64,000 nucleotides of DNA. Origin: Geosiphon pyriformis uo1 (lineage: Eukaryota; Fungi; Glomeromycota). The notes under the pieces are model-generated. The model searched no databases, was not told the origin of the DNA, and worked only from the letters and a program-made list of their open reading frames with translations. The DNA is taken from contig JAAOMT010000436.1 of the NCBI GenBank assembly GCA_016748015.1, positions 816,033 to 880,032 on the forward strand, written 5' to 3'. The translations under genes were made by a program, and so were the position numbers. This document shows positions 40,562-55,515 of this stretch, one piece after another; the first letter of the stretch is position 1; every line of letters begins with the position of its first letter.

Positions 40562-42748
40562 AGCGATCTCATAGAACATCAATTATGTATATATAGCGAT
40601 AGCATTAAAAATGAAAAAGACAGAATTTTTTAGTTAGAAATTTCTTATTCCCAACTATTAAATAAATAAATTATTTACCATCCAAATCCACTCTTTACTA
40701 TTAACACTCTATGTTGATAGCAATTGATACTTAACCACACTGGAACAATAGTTCTTGATCATGGCTATTGACAGATACTAACTTGCATATTGTCTTGGCT
40801 TATTTTTTTTATTTTATTTTTTATTTTGTTATTACTAACTCTATTGAGAATTAATGCGTGGAGTACTGATGTCAGAATATAGCACTGGTAAAAGACCCAG
40901 AAATAAGGGTAGGACACTCGATTGAGAATAGCTTACCAAGAGGAATACTGGCCATCAAGCTGAAAAAAAAATTGACAAAACTGTGGTTTCGGGAAGCTAC
41001 AGATAAAACTATTACCACTGAATCTCTGTCTATTATACAAAGGACTCAACCAAAGTCTTTAGATAAACACATCTTCAGATATTACTAACAACATTATATT
41101 AATTGAGCACCAAGTTACAGGTTTGTTATTTGCCTTGAGACCCCAAGTAATTATCTGTAACATTTGGTGCTCTTTGTGAGGTATAATCTTACAGAGAACC
41201 AACACCAACAACCCTATTCAAAAGTGGCAGAATCAGAAAGTGTAGGAGCAAACCATCTAGGATTTGTGAAATCTTTATTTTAGCATTATTACCAACACTT
41301 AGGGTTGAACCATAATTACATATTAGCAGAATCAGCCTTCAATTTCTATGTCAACAAGAGAATTACATATTTGTTGAGTACATTAGTAAATATTAAATCA
41401 GCAAGAGAAACTTTTTACAACAAATTAATTCAAAACACCAGCCTACCAACAAATTATAATTTCACATTCATCATTACTGAGATTAACAAAGAAATTGAAT
41501 ATTACACACAGCAAAGATACCCAATTACTTATGCAAGTAAAGATAAAAGAAAACTACAAACACCAGCAGTAACATCTCAAAGAATACAACCACATATGTG
41601 GAAGAAAACAAAGGTTGAATCACCAATCAACCCATCATACCATTATACACCTGAAAGCACCATTAATATAACATCAACAGGTGCATCCACAGCAACTATG
41701 ACATCAGCATTTGGAAAATTTCCATTTCAAAGTAAACAAAAAAAAGAGGATCTATTAAGACCATATGGCAAATATTTTGAAGGATTTAAATCTCGATCGC
41801 TGTTACCAGAGGTTTTTGGTCTCTTTTCTTGAATGTTGTTAATGTTGATTTGCTGTGAATTCACGTTTTCAGGAAGTAGTTGGACCTCCAGTAACTGAAT
41901 TTATCTTCAAATTATCTCCTATAATTTGAACTGCTGGGCTTATAAGTAGAATGGCCAATTCCATGCCAGTTGTTTTATGTAGTTACGTTGTAGTAAATGT
42001 CAACTCTTTCTTAGGAATTACTTGTTTGGAAGCTTATTAAAAATGTGTAGTTACTTTGCTGTGAAAGTCAACTTTTCTACAGGAATCTTGTTTGTAGACT
42101 ACCCTAATAATTGTAATAAAAAAATAAAAGAAAAATAAAAAAAATGTAAAAAAAATAGGATTTTATTAAGAAAAATGTTTTCTATTCAGGCCTGGAGTCA
42201 CTAACAGTTTACTGAAATTGGTAGCTAATCAATTTCGAAATGTTAGTTGGGTTTTGGGGATTTTTCAAGTGCAATATTTAAAGAATTTGGTTTTTCGAAT
42301 TATTTGATATTTATTTCTTTTTGTGTATCTAGGAATGGTTCTAAGTGATAAATCTAAAGTAAGATACATTTTCTTGAAAAAAGAAGCTTTTCTTTTATAC
42401 AACTTGTTGTAACACTATTCTATGAACTTGAACTTTACTATTTTCTACAATTTCATTGAACTAAAAATACATTTTGGCAAACTACAAGTTATTTCTGCAA
42501 ACTATTAGATATTTCGGTGAACTATCAATTATTTTGATAAATTTCTACAAATTTCGGCAAACTTTTGAATGTTACATATTTTGGGGTATTGCATGATTGA
42601 TCATTGTATTTAGGTTACATTTGTGTTATGTACAAATTGGGTTATTAATTAAATAATAATTTTAGACATTTTGCTAAATATAATAAGTCATAATTTGAAA
42701 CAATAATATATACTAATTAATGGTAAGAATTATAAGAGTAATTTCATG

Positions 42749-43468
42749 CTAAACAATATCTCTAATTTTATCTGGTAACATAATCTCCTCCTTAAGACTG
42801 AGCTCTGTTAAAATCCAAGTACTGTCTGTAATTTCCAGATAATAATCCAAAATTATTGAAGAAATTTGGTCTGAAAATTGTTGAAATTTCAGTTCTGTGA
42901 GCTTTCCAATGTATTGAATCTTCAAAAGTTGTAAAATTGGGTTTTGTAGGACATTTTCACAGGTGTGAAATAGGTCATAAAGTCTAAGAGCAGCTCTGAG
43001 TTTGTAGTGACTGTTTGTTGGTCCAGCTGTTGTCTTAAATTCATTGTGGAGTTGTTTCTGAATAGCTTCTTTTGTGAGGTTTGCTGTTGTAAGTTCCAGT
43101 TTTTGTTTGTAGAGCGTTTTTCCAATGTAGAAATATCTATATATTGAGGGGTATTTGCTGTTTTCTTTATTAAGACACAGTTGAAGTTTTTGTTGAATAG
43201 TAGCATTTGGTGGAACACTAATAGGGGTGAGCAATAAGTTTTCTCTTAAAGCAAGCTTCAAAAGTTCTGGTAGGTAAATTCCAGAATAACTTCTTGTGTT
43301 TTTTCTATAAGGGTGATACTTCTATGAATTTGGGACTAAATTTGTAATTACTTCTGTTTGCATATAATTAATGTGGTTTCCAGTAATAGTAATGGATAAT
43401 TCGGGTATTGTTTTTAAAGCTAGCATTAGTTTTTGAGATAATTATTGAATATTTTGAGGAATAATCAT
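42749..43468 (-). pseudogene. E2 accessory ORF3 (240 codons, one internal stop near 43322)
   Basis: Same length as, and colinear with, E3 ORF3 58941-59660. Confidence 0.8.
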
Positions 43469-46400
43469 TATAAAAATTGGAATGAAAAGAAATAGATTGA
43501 ATTTATTTTTGATATATGGGGTTTTTATGTTATTTTTGTCTTCCAGTGTGTTTTGTTTTGTTTTTGTTTTTGTGAAATCATTTTTTATAAATTATAAAAA
43601 AATAACTATAGTAAACTAAATTAAGTGTTCAAGTTGGGAGATTGTTCAATGACAATTATTGGTTCTAAATTTCAGAGAATATCTTCGGGATTGATTAAAA
43701 AAGAATGTGTACCAATTTGTGAAATTAATGGTTTAGGATTGTTTCTGGAATTATAGTGTTTCAAACAATTTCCATGTGCAACTTTTGCTAGGATTTTGTT
43801 ATCAAGTCTTAGCTTGTATGATCCGTTGTCTAGAACTTCATGAATAAAGAATGGCCCATCCCATTTATTTTTGAATTTTCCACTCCATTGTTTTTCAGTT
43901 TTAGTTCTGTGTAAGAGAACTTTGTTTCCAACTTTAAATTTATTGGTGACTGGAGGCATTTTGTTGTTATGCCATTCTTTTTGTTGAGCTTGGAAGTGTT
44001 CAATATGGGTGGCTGCTATTTATTGTTTTTCTTCTAATGTGTTAAGCAAAGTGTAGGCTCTTTGTTGAAGTGTTTCCTAGAAATTGTTTTTATTGATTGG
44101 TTGTGCTGGATATGTTTCCACTGTAAAACTAATTGGTAATATTGCTGTCCTTCCATGAGTTAAATCAAATGGTGTGTGTTTTGTGGTATCTTGTTTTAGT
44201 GTTCTGTATGCTAGTAATACTGATGGAATAAAGATATTCCATTCTTGCTCAAAATTAGTTGAGACTTTGGCTAATAACTCACACAATGTTCTGTTAAAAC
44301 ATTCTACAAGTCTGTTTGTCTGTGGATGGTAGGGCAAAGACAGAGATCTTTTGACATTGAATTGTTCACAGATTGCTTGAATTAGATTGTTCACGAAATG
44401 TGTTCCTTGATTGGATAAAAGTTTGATTGGGCATCTATGTCTACAGATAATGTCTTCATAGATGAAATTTGCTATTGATTTTGCATCTGCTTGTTGAATG
44501 GCTCTGGCTTCAGGCCATTTAGTGAGATAGTCTATGGCTACTGCAATATAATGGTTTCCTTGGTTTGTGATAGGTAGTAGTCTGACTAAATCGATACCAA
44601 CTCAGTCAAAAGGCTGTCCAACTTTAATTGGGTTTAATGGTTTTGTAGAGTGAGTTCTTCTTCTTTTTTAACAACTATCACAAGATTTAACATATTCATG
44701 AATGTTTTTTCTTATTTGAGGCCAAAAGTAATATTCTAGTGTTCTCTGGGTGGTGCTGTTTTTTCCTAGATGTGCTGATGAAGAGTCCAAGTGCATGTTA
44801 TATAAAATAGTTTCTTTTTCATGTTCTTGTATTAATTTGAGTGGACTGTCTGGATTTCTGAAGTTTTGATAATAAATAATGTTGTTGTGTAAGAAGTATT
44901 GTTTGGCTTGTTATTGTAACTGATGTTTTTCATCTGGGGACCAATCTGTTAGGATTGTTAATGTCTTCAGATATTGTTTAAGATTGTTGTAGTTTTTGGA
45001 ATTCATTGTTTGTTGTTTTGTTGCTGTTAATTCAAATGGGTGTTGGTTCTGTTTTCTAATTTTGCCTCATTCTTAAGAGACAATCAACGTTGGTGTGGAG
45101 TTTTCCTGGTTTGTGGTGTACAATGTATCAGTAGTTGGCTAAAAATTCTGTCTATTGGGTTTGTTTTGTGTTCAATTGGGTGTTTTTGTTCTGAAGCCAT
45201 TTGAGTCTAATATTATCAGTAATAATATTGAATTTTTTAGGCCTGAGATAAAGGTTGAAGTGGTGTAGGACCCAAATTACGGCTGTTGTTTCTAGTTCTG
45301 TGGCAGAGTAGTTTTTTTCAGCTGGTTTTAATGTTCTGCTAGCATAAGCAATTACTCGCTCATTTCCGTTGTCATCTAATTGTGATAAAATGGCACCAAA
45401 GGCAGTGTAAAAAGCGTCTGTAGTTAGTCAAAATTGGTTACTAAAGTTTGGGTAGGCAAGAATTGGAGCTGTTGTCAGCTTTTCCTTGAGAATTTCAAAA
45501 GCTTTTTGGTGTTTTTCTATTCATTTGTATTCAACATTTTTAGTAATAAGCTGGTTGAGGGGTTTTGCAATTTTTGAGAATCTTTTGATGAATTTTCAGT
45601 AATAGAAAACTAATCCAATAAATCCTCTCAATTCTGTGGTATTTCATGGAGTTTTAAAGTTCTTAACAGTGCTGATTTTTCTGGGATCTGGTTTAATTCC
45701 ATCTTTGCTCACAATGTGGCCAAGAAAGGCCAAACTCATTTTTCCGAAGTAGTATTTTTCGATGTTCAGTTTCAATCCTGCTTTCCATAATCATTGAAAA
45801 ACTTTTCGCAGGTGTTTTAAGTGTAATTCAAAAGATGGAAAATAAATATCAGTATCATTGAGATAAACAACTACTGATTTCCAAAGGAGGTCTTTGTAAA
45901 CAACATTTATAAGTCTTTGGAATATTGCTGGTGCATTGCATAATCCAAAAAGCATTACATTGAACTCGTAATTTCCTTCTTGAGTGGTGAATGCTATTTT
46001 GGGGCAATCTTTGGGATCCATGACAACTTGCCAGTATCCACTCTTTAAATCTAATGTCGAAAAGTATTTGAACTTTCCAAGGGCATCTAACATGTCATCA
46101 ATTCGGGGAAAAGGGTAGGCATCTCCAATAATGACACTGTTGAGTTGTTGATAATCAACACAAAATTGTATCTTTTTTTTTTTTTTTTAACTAGGACTAT
46201 AGGTAAGACCCATGGACTCATTGATGGTTGAATAAGCCCATTGTTAAGCATCCATTGTACTTCTTCTCAGATAAATTGGTGGCTTTTTGGAACAACTCAG
46301 TAGGCTTGTTGTTGCTTTGGTTTGGCATCTCCTATATAGATTTGGTGTTAAACCAAATCAGTTCTTTCTAAGTCATTGTTGTTTTCAGCAAAAATATCAG

Positions 46401-46896
46401 CAAATTCTGCAATTAGCTCTTTGAGCTGGTTCTGTTGTTGTGGTTCAAGTTGTCCCATGTTGATTTGAAATAGTTTTTCTATGACAACATGGTAGTTTTC
46501 AGAACTGGAATTTGGGTTGATTTTTAGTAGTAAATGTTCAATGATTTCCAAGAAATTGGAAACTGTCTGGAGTAATTCTTGTTGAAAGATGTTACTATGA
46601 ATAACTCCAATTTTTATGTTATTTAATAAAACTATGGGATAACTGTTGGGATTGTAAAAAGTAACTCGGACTTTCTTTGTTTCTTCTGGAATGTAAATAT
46701 TTGGGATCAAGATTTTATGTTCTGAGCAGATTTGTTCATTGGACTTAAAAATTTGTTGTGCAGTCATTGGCTTTAGACAGATGTAGATTTCTGGATGTTC
46801 TCCAAAGGGTGAAATAGTAATTGGTTGTGGAAGTCATAGAATCTGATAAGATTCATTTTGTTTGTTAAGAGCTATGTTTACTGGAACTGTGAATCA

Positions 46897-47290
46897 TTCA
46901 GTTGAACCAAAACCTTTGGTTCCTCTTTTACTCTTTCCCAATTGTTCTTTTTGACTGACTAATTGTAAACCCGAAATGTTAATTAAGAGTAAATAAATAG
47001 CTTGAGCAATTTTTTCAGCATGTTCAATCTGAAAAAGTTTATTGGTTTCATTTTGTAACATGATTGTAATGTCTCCTGTATATCCTGCATCTATGATTCC
47101 TTCTCTAACATTAATTCTTTTGCTTGCCAATGATGATTGTGAAGCAATTTGGACCATTGCTTCTGATGGGATTTCAAGGGCAATTTTGAGGTTGATTTTT
47201 GTGAGTGATTTAGATTTGAGAGTAAGAGTATCTTTTCCTGGATATCTTAGATCGTATTCAGCATCAATTTTGTGGGCTTTTTCAGGCTTT
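46897..47290 (-). pseudogene. dUTPase domain in E2 polyprotein
   Basis: DAEYDL, QSSL, GIIDAGYTGDI, EKIAQ, RGTKGFGST (the five trimeric dUTPase motifs). Confidence 0.9.
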
Positions 47291-50200
47291 ATTCTTTGTC
47301 CATTGTTGTTGAAGTATTTGAGTTGTAAAGCAGGCTGATTTTCGATGAAATAGACAGATGTGGCTTCTATTTTTTCTGTTGCTTCAGGTTTTCTGAATTC
47401 AATTTCATATTCATCACTTTCACTGGGCAAGGGAATGTTAAGAGCATAGCATTCAGGACACCATTGTTCATTACAAGACATTATGCATTCCTCACATAAT
47501 TTAATGTTCATTTGCTTTAGCCATTGAACTTGAGCTTCTTTGGTCAGGTAGGTGTAACTGGCAATTTGGTGATATACTTCTACTTTATCTTCATAGTTGT
47601 ATCCAGTAATTTCAAAGGTGTATGCAATGTATTCTGATTCTTTTATTTGACAAACATTTTCTTGAATGGCTCTGTTGATTAAAGCCATTGCTAAATCGAA
47701 AATCATTTCAGCATCATAAGGGTAATAGTACAGTTTGTTGAGGACACTATTGTAAGCAGCATTAAAAGGTGTTCCTCTTTTGACTTTTTCTGAAATTGAT
47801 AAAGCATATTGGCAGGTTTGATTACAGACTTTTCCTCTCATTGCTATATTAATCCAATTGCATTCTTCTGGTAGCATATCTCCACAAGTCAAACAAAGAG
47901 TGTTGTCCTATTTTCCACTTCTTTTTATTAGGTGGCCCCATCATTTTCTGTGGCAAGCCTTGCAGTAATAACAAATATGATTTTCATATTTTTTTTCAGG
48001 TGAAATGCAGGCTTCCATTGATAAAAGTTTCTTGTGACAATCTTTGCATTTAAGAGGAATGTAGGAGCGTTATTTCCTTGGTTCAGGCTTTGAGTAAGGG
48101 ATATTTCATCCAGGAGTTTTAGGTTCAGAGTGTGGAGTAAAATGTTCTTGTTCAGTTTCATCAGCCCAATTGGATGTTGATCCAAGAGCCATGAATGTTT
48201 TGATTATTGGTTTTTCTTCTTCTGGTTCAAATTCAAAAGCCAGGGCTTTTTTGAAACATTTGTTGAATGTACCACAAGTGGCAGGTACTCGGGCATGTTG
48301 TCCTTGGTAAGAGATTTGTAGTTCTTGGGTTTCTCAGTCTAATTTTGCATTGGCTTTTTGAAGTCAGTTATTTCCGACAAGAGCTTGATACTGAGGAGCA
48401 TCCATTACAAAAACTTTGACTGAAATGGTGATTCCATCAAGAGTGAACGGAAAATTGTCAATTTCTCCTACTGGAGTCTTTTTCATGTTATCAGCAGTAA
48501 CAATGATTGTCTGAGCTGGTCAGTCAATGTTTCTTTTTAACTGTTGCATCAACTAGTAAGTAATAATACTTCCAGTGGATCTACTGTTTAGGATTAAGTG
48601 AATTGTTTTTCTTTTAACTTCAGCTTTAGTATACATAGCTGTGATTGCTTTCTGTTCATTTGCAGCAGCATTGCTGAGTAGAAATGGTAATTTATTGGCT
48701 TCAAATTCGAAAGGAAAGATATCAGAAAGATTGGCATTTTCAGCAATTCTGGCTGGTGGAATAGTAGTGTGGTTATGAGAAGGATTTTGTTGTTGTGCTG
48801 CAGCTCTACCTTCTGAGAGTGCAGTATGATGAAAATCCTGTTCTTCTGGCATTGTTAAATAACTGGGTTGAGTGTGATAGTAGTTGGGTCTCGGTTGAGT
48901 GGAATTTTGGAGAACCAATTGGTTGTTTGAACTGATTCTATTGTTGTTTACTTGGTATTGGTTTTGTGGTGTGAATTGATTTTGTGTAATCAATCTTCAA
49001 GCAGGTATCTGATAATGTTGTGTGGATGGTTGTTGGTATTGCTATTGGATTGGCTGTAGAACAGGCTGATAATAGTTATTTTGGTATTGGGGTCTTGGTG
49101 GATAGTAAGCTGGGGGTGGTGGTTGATAATAAGATTGCTGTGGTAAAGGGTAACATTGATTATTCCTCTGTTGTTGGTCTTGTTGCAATTTTCTACAATT
49201 ATGTTTTCAGTGTCCTGGAATTCCACAATAATAACAATTTTGGATTTGGTTATTGGGTAGTGGTCCGAAGTTGTTTTGATTGCATCATTGTGGGGATTGG
49301 TATCTTTGTGGTTGTTGTGATTGTCATGGCTGCTGTTGTTGCTGTTGGTTGGTGAAATAGTTTTCAACTTTCTTGGTTAATTGGTCAATCTTTTTTTCAG
49401 CTGCTGAGCTGGTTTCTCCAATAGCCAGATTAACAAGTTTGGTATGGTTGGCTTCTTCTATGGCCATTTCATAGTTTTTTGTCTGTTGAATAGCAGTGGC
49501 TAAATCTTCTGGTGCATGTGGGTGAACTTTCTTGATGAGTTTGTCTTTTAGTCCAGCAATGAATTAATCCAAGATTTGTGCATTGGAGTAGTATTCATTG
49601 GTTTTTAATTGGTGAATTCTTTTAAGCAGTTTGTTGAATTTCCCAAGATAGGTCATAACTGATTTACTTGGTTCTTGCTTGATATTTTGGAACCAATTTT
49701 GAAGGGTGATGGAAGTGTTATTGTTAGTGAACTGTTCTAGGAAAGCAGTTTTGAATGCTTCCTAGTGTTCTGGTGGGGCTTCTAAGTTTTCAAACCATTC
49801 ACCAGCCATTCCTTATAAGAAGTATGGAATTGCTTTTAACATTTTGGCAGTGTTCTAACTATTTGCATCTCCTGCTTTTGAGACTTTGTCAAGCCATTCT
49901 TGAGGACTGGTTTTACTGTCTTCTCCTGTGAATTCAGAGATTTTTGCGATATATGTGGAGACCATTTCTTCTTCATTTTCTAAGTCTTTTGTTTCTTGTT
50001 CTGATTCAGTTTCTTCACTTTTCAAGCTTTCTGAATGATTACTTTCGTTTTCCTGTAGGTAATTAAAAAGATTGGTACTAGTTGATATTGGTTCTTGTTG
50101 TTGAATAGGGCTTTTGAGTGATTGAAAATCTTCTATTTTTGAAAATTGAATAAGAAGTGAGCTTGGTGTTTGCGGTTAAGCAAGTGAAGCTGGAAATGAT

Positions 50201-53200
50201 GTGATTGAGAGTGGTAATTTAAAGCTGGTTCCTTGTTCTGGAGTTTGTAAATGTTTGGCAGTGGTTTTAGGTGTATTGAGAGTAGTTCTGAGTTTTTGTT
50301 TCCTTTTTCTTTTTTCTTCTTCTGTTTCCAATTCAAAACCAAGAGAAAATTTCTGTTCTACTGGATAATTCTCTTTACAATACTGAATAATATTGAAGTT
50401 GAGTTCTTGGAAGTATGTTTCAAGTGTTTGACTGTTAAAATTCTGAGTATTTAGATGAGAGTGATGTACTAAGCTTTCATATAAGTTGCATCTAACTTCT
50501 GAAATGTTGTAGTCTCCAAAAAGATAATTGTTAATGCAATTTTCAATGTATTGGTAAAGTGTTTTCTTGAATGTTTCAATTCCGTCTGGGATGTTAAATC
50601 TCTGCTTGCAGTGGGTGTAGATTGACTGATAATACTTTAGAGTTCTTGAATCTGTTTAAATTGCCACTTTTGAAGTTGTTGTCACTGTGTTATTTTTGTG
50701 AAAGAGCACCAAATGTTACTAGTGTTACCAGACGAAATTAGAGATATTGCTTAGCATGAAATTACTCTTATAATTTTTATCATTAATTAGCATTTCAAAT
50801 TATCACTTATTACATTAGCAAAATATTCGAAATTATCATTTAATTAATAACCCAATTTGTACATAACACAAATATAACCTAATTACAATGATCAATCATG
50901 CAATACCCCGAACTATGTGACATTCAAAAAGTTTGCCAAAATTTGTAGAAATTTGCCAAAATAATTGATAGTTCACTGAAATATCTAATAGTTTGCAGAA
51001 ATAACTTGTAGTTCACTGAAATGTATCTTTAATTCAGCGAAATTAAAGAAAATAGCAAAGTTCAAGTTCATAGAATAGTGTTATGACAAGTTATATAAAA
51101 GAAGAGCTTCTTTCTTCGAGAAAATGTATCTTACTTCAGATTTAACAATTAGAATCATTCTTTACACACAAAAACAAAATAAATATCAAATAATTTGTTA
51201 AATCAAATCCTTAATTATTTCCCTTTTGAAATTAACCAATTCTTGCTAAACAGTTTTGAAATTGATTAGCTACCAATTTCAGTAAACTGTTAGTGACTCC
51301 AGGCCTGAATAGAAAACGTTTCCCTTGACAGAATTCTATTTTTTTTACAATTCTTTTATTTTTTTTCTTTTATTTTCTTATTATAATCATTAGGGTAACC
51401 TACAGATAAGATTCTTATAGAAGAGTTGACTTTTACAGCAAAGTAACTACACATTTTTAGTAAGCTTCCAAATGAACAATTCTTGGGAAAGAGTTGACAT
51501 TTACTACAACGTAACTACATAAAGCAACTGGCATGAAATTGGTCATTCCACTATAAGCCTAGCAGTTTAAATTATAGAAGATAATTTGAAGATAAATTCA
51601 GTTATTGGAGGTTCAAACACTTCCCATAATTATGAATTAACAGCATTACAACAAACATACAAGAGCTAAGAAGAAACCAAAAACCTCTGGTAATATTTGG
51701 TGCTCTTCCACAAAAACAACACAGCAAAAACAATTTCAAAGTGGCAACCATACCAGATACAACAACTCTAGAGTATTACCAGTCAATTTACACCCACTGT
51801 AAGCAAAGATTCAACATTCCAGATGGAATTAAAGTTGTCAAGAAATCAGTATACCAATACATTGAAAACTGTATCAACAATTATCTTTTTGGAAATTACA
51901 ATATCTCAGAAGTTAAAAGCCACCTTTACAATAATTTAGTACACTATTCACAGTTAGGAACTAAAGACCTTAACAGTGAAACACTTGCCACTTACTTTCA
52001 AGAACTTAATTTTAACATTATCAAGTACTGTAAAGAAACATATCCAGTACAGTCTCAATACTTTATTGATTTTGAATCAGAGACAGAAACAAGCAACAAA
52101 GGCAAACAAAAATTGAAGCAATACTCAAAAACCACCCCAAATACTCCAATACTACCAAAAACAACTGCCAAACACTTACAAACACCTAAACAAGAAACCA
52201 GTTCAAAACTTCCACTTACTATCACACCTTTTCCAGCTTCACTTGCACAAGCACAAACATCTAATTCACCCTTAAATCGATTTGCAAGACTAGAAGATTT
52301 TACATCATCCAGAAGTCTCACCAGACAACAAAAACCCTTTCAAACTAGTTCCAATTTTCTTGACTTTCTAGCTGAAAATCAAAGTGAACACTCTGAGACA
52401 GCAGTGAACAAAAAAAATGACTCTGAAATATCTGAAGAAGAATTAATAGACAGTAAAAACAAAGAAGACAAAATGACAGTATACATTGCAAAAATCTCTG
52501 AATTTAATAAAGAAGACATTGAGATCAGTTCCCAAGAATGGCTCAACCAAGTTACTAAAGCTGGAGATACAAATGAATGGAATGCTGCCAAAATGTTAAG
52601 AACAATTCTCTACTTTCTCAAAAGAACAGGAGGCAAATGGTTTGAAAACTTGACCACCCCTTTTAATGACTGGACAGCTTTTGAAACTGCCTTCTTAGAA
52701 CAATTTACTAATAACAACACTTCAATCACACTTCAAAATTGTTTTTGCAATATCAAACAAGAACTCTCCAAATCTGTCATGACTTATATTGGGAAATTCA
52801 ACAAACTTCTCAGATGAATTTGCCAACTTGAAACTAATGATTATTATTCTGATGCTCAAATCTTGGATCAATTTATCACTGGTTTAAAGGATAAACTGAT
52901 TAAAAAGGTTCGCCCACATGCCCTAGAAGATTTAAACTCTGCCATTCAGCATGCAAAGAGATATAAAATGGCCATAGAAAAAGCCAATTGTACAAAACTC
53001 ATTGACTTAGCCATTGGAGAGACCAACTCAGCAACTGAAGAGAAAATTGACCAACTCATAAAGAAAGTCGAAAACTATTTCACTAACCAACAACAATAGC
53101 AACCCCAAAGATATCAACCACTCCAAAGACGGAATCAAAACAACTTTGTATTATCCTCTAATAACCAGTCTCAAAATTGCCATTACTGTGGAATTCCTGG

Positions 53201-55119
53201 CCACTGAAAAAGAGATTGCAGAAAACTACAACAAGACCAACAAAACAGGAGTAATCAACGTTACTCTTCATCACAACAATCTTATTACCAACTACTACTA
53301 CTACCAGCTTACTATTCACCAAGACCACAATATCAAAACAACTACTATCAATCTGCTCCACAGCCAATGCAACAACAGTATCGACAACCCATTCAACATT
53401 ACCAAATACCTGCTCAAAAATTGGTTCAACAAAACCAATTTGTACCACAAAACCAATTCACAACAAACAACAACAGAATCAACCCAAATAACCAATTAGT
53501 TCCCCAAAATCCAGCTCAGCCAAGACCCACCCATTATCATACTCAACTTAGCTATCTTACAATACCTAAAAAACAGGATTTTTACTATACTGCACTCTCG
53601 GAAAATAGAGCTGCAGCACGACAACAAAATCTTTTTTATATTTCTACCACAATCCCATCAGCCAGAATTGCTGAAAATGCAAACTTTTCAGATATATTCT
53701 CTTTTGAGTTCAAAGCAAATAAGTCACCATTCCTGCTTAGCAATGCAGCCGCCAACAAACAAAAAGCAATCACTGCTATGTACACTAAAGCAGAAGTCAA
53801 AGGAAAGGCAATTTGCTTGATCTTAAACAGTAGATCTGCCAGAAGCATCATCATCTACCAGTTAATACAACAGTTAAAGAGAAATGTCGACCGACCAGCT
53901 CAAACAGTAATTGTTACTGCTGATGACATAAAAAAGACTCCAGTAGGAGAAATTGACAATTTTCCGTTCACTCTTGATGGAATCACCATTCCAGTCAAAG
54001 TTCTTGTAATGAATGCTCCTTAGTATCAAGCTCTTGTTGGAAATAACTGGCTTCAAAAAGCCAATACAAAATTAGACTGGGAAACCCAAGAACTACAAAT
54101 CTCTTACCAAGGACAACATGCCTGAGTACCTGCCACTTGTGGTACATTCAACAAATGCTCTGAAAAAGCCCCGGCTTTTGAATTCAAACCAAAAGAAGAA
54201 AAACCAATAATCGAAACATTCATGGCTCTTGGATCAACATTCAATTGGGCTGAAGAAACTGAACAAGAATATTTTACTCCACACTCTGAACCTGAAACCC
54301 CTGAATAGAATATCCCTTACTTAAAGTCTGAACTAAGGAAATGACGCCCCTACATTCCTCTTAAATGTAAGAACTGCCACAAGAAACTATTGTTAATGGG
54401 AGCTTGTATTTCACCTGAGAAAGAATATGAAAGTCATATCTGCTACTACTGCAAGACCTGCCATTGAGAACAATAGGGCCACTTGATCAAAAGAAGCAGA
54501 AAATGGGATAGAATACCCTGTCTTATTTGTGGAAAGTAGCTTCCCAATAAATATGACTGGATTGATGTCACATTTAGAGGAGGAGTCTGCAATCAAACTT
54601 GCCAATATGCTTTTTCTATTGCAGAAAAGGTAAAACATGGAACACTTTTCAATGCCATATACAATAGTGCCCTTAACAAACTCCATCATTACTCTCATGA
54701 TGCCGAAATGATCTATGAACTTGCCATAGTTTTAATTAACAGAGGAACCAAAAAAAATGTCCTTCAAATGAAAAAAGCTGAATATATTGAATATACCTTG
54801 GAATTAGCTGAATTTGATTATGAAGATAAAGTAGAAGTGTACTATCAAATCACAAGTCACACTTACCTGACCAAAGAAGCTCAAGCTCAATGGCTAGAGC
54901 AAATGAACATTAAATTATGTGAGGAATGCATAATGCCTTGTGATGAACAATGGTGTTCTGAATGCTATGCTCTTAGCATTTCATTACCCAGCAAAAGTGA
55001 TGAATATGAAATCGAATTTGGTGAACCTAAAGCAACAGAAGAAATTGAAACAATACTTGTCTATCTTATTAAAAGTCAGCCTGCTTTACAGTTCAAATAC
55101 TTTAACAACAATGGACAAG

Positions 55120-55515
55120 GAATAAAGCCTGAAAAAGCACATGAAATTGATGCTGGATATGATCTACAATATCCAGGAAAAGACACTTTGGTTCTTCAAC
55201 CAAATTTTCTTACCAAGATCAACCTCAAAATTGCTTTTAAAATCCCACCAGGAGCAATGGTTCAAATCACTTCACAATTATCATTGGCAAGCAAAAAAAT
55301 CAATGTTAGAGGAGGAATTATAGATACTGGATACACGAGAGACATTACAATTATGTTACAAAATGAAACCAATAAACCTTTTTAGATTGAACATGCTGAA
55401 AAAATTGCTCAAGCTATTTATTTACCCTTAATTAACATTTTGGGTTTACAATTAGTCAGTCAAAGAAAACAATTGGGAAAAAGTGGAAGAGGAACCAATG
55501 GTTTTGGTTCAACTG
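55120..55515 (+). pseudogene. dUTPase domain in E3 polyprotein
   Basis: DAGYDL, GGIIDTGYTRDI, EKIAQ, RGTNGFGST; one stop at 55383-55385. Confidence 0.9.

Noticed and set aside
49020-49355. Val/Gly-rich antisense ORFs in gag regions (also 53158-53448, 62664-62994)
   Set aside because: Shadow ORFs of Gln/Asn/Pro-rich gag codons.
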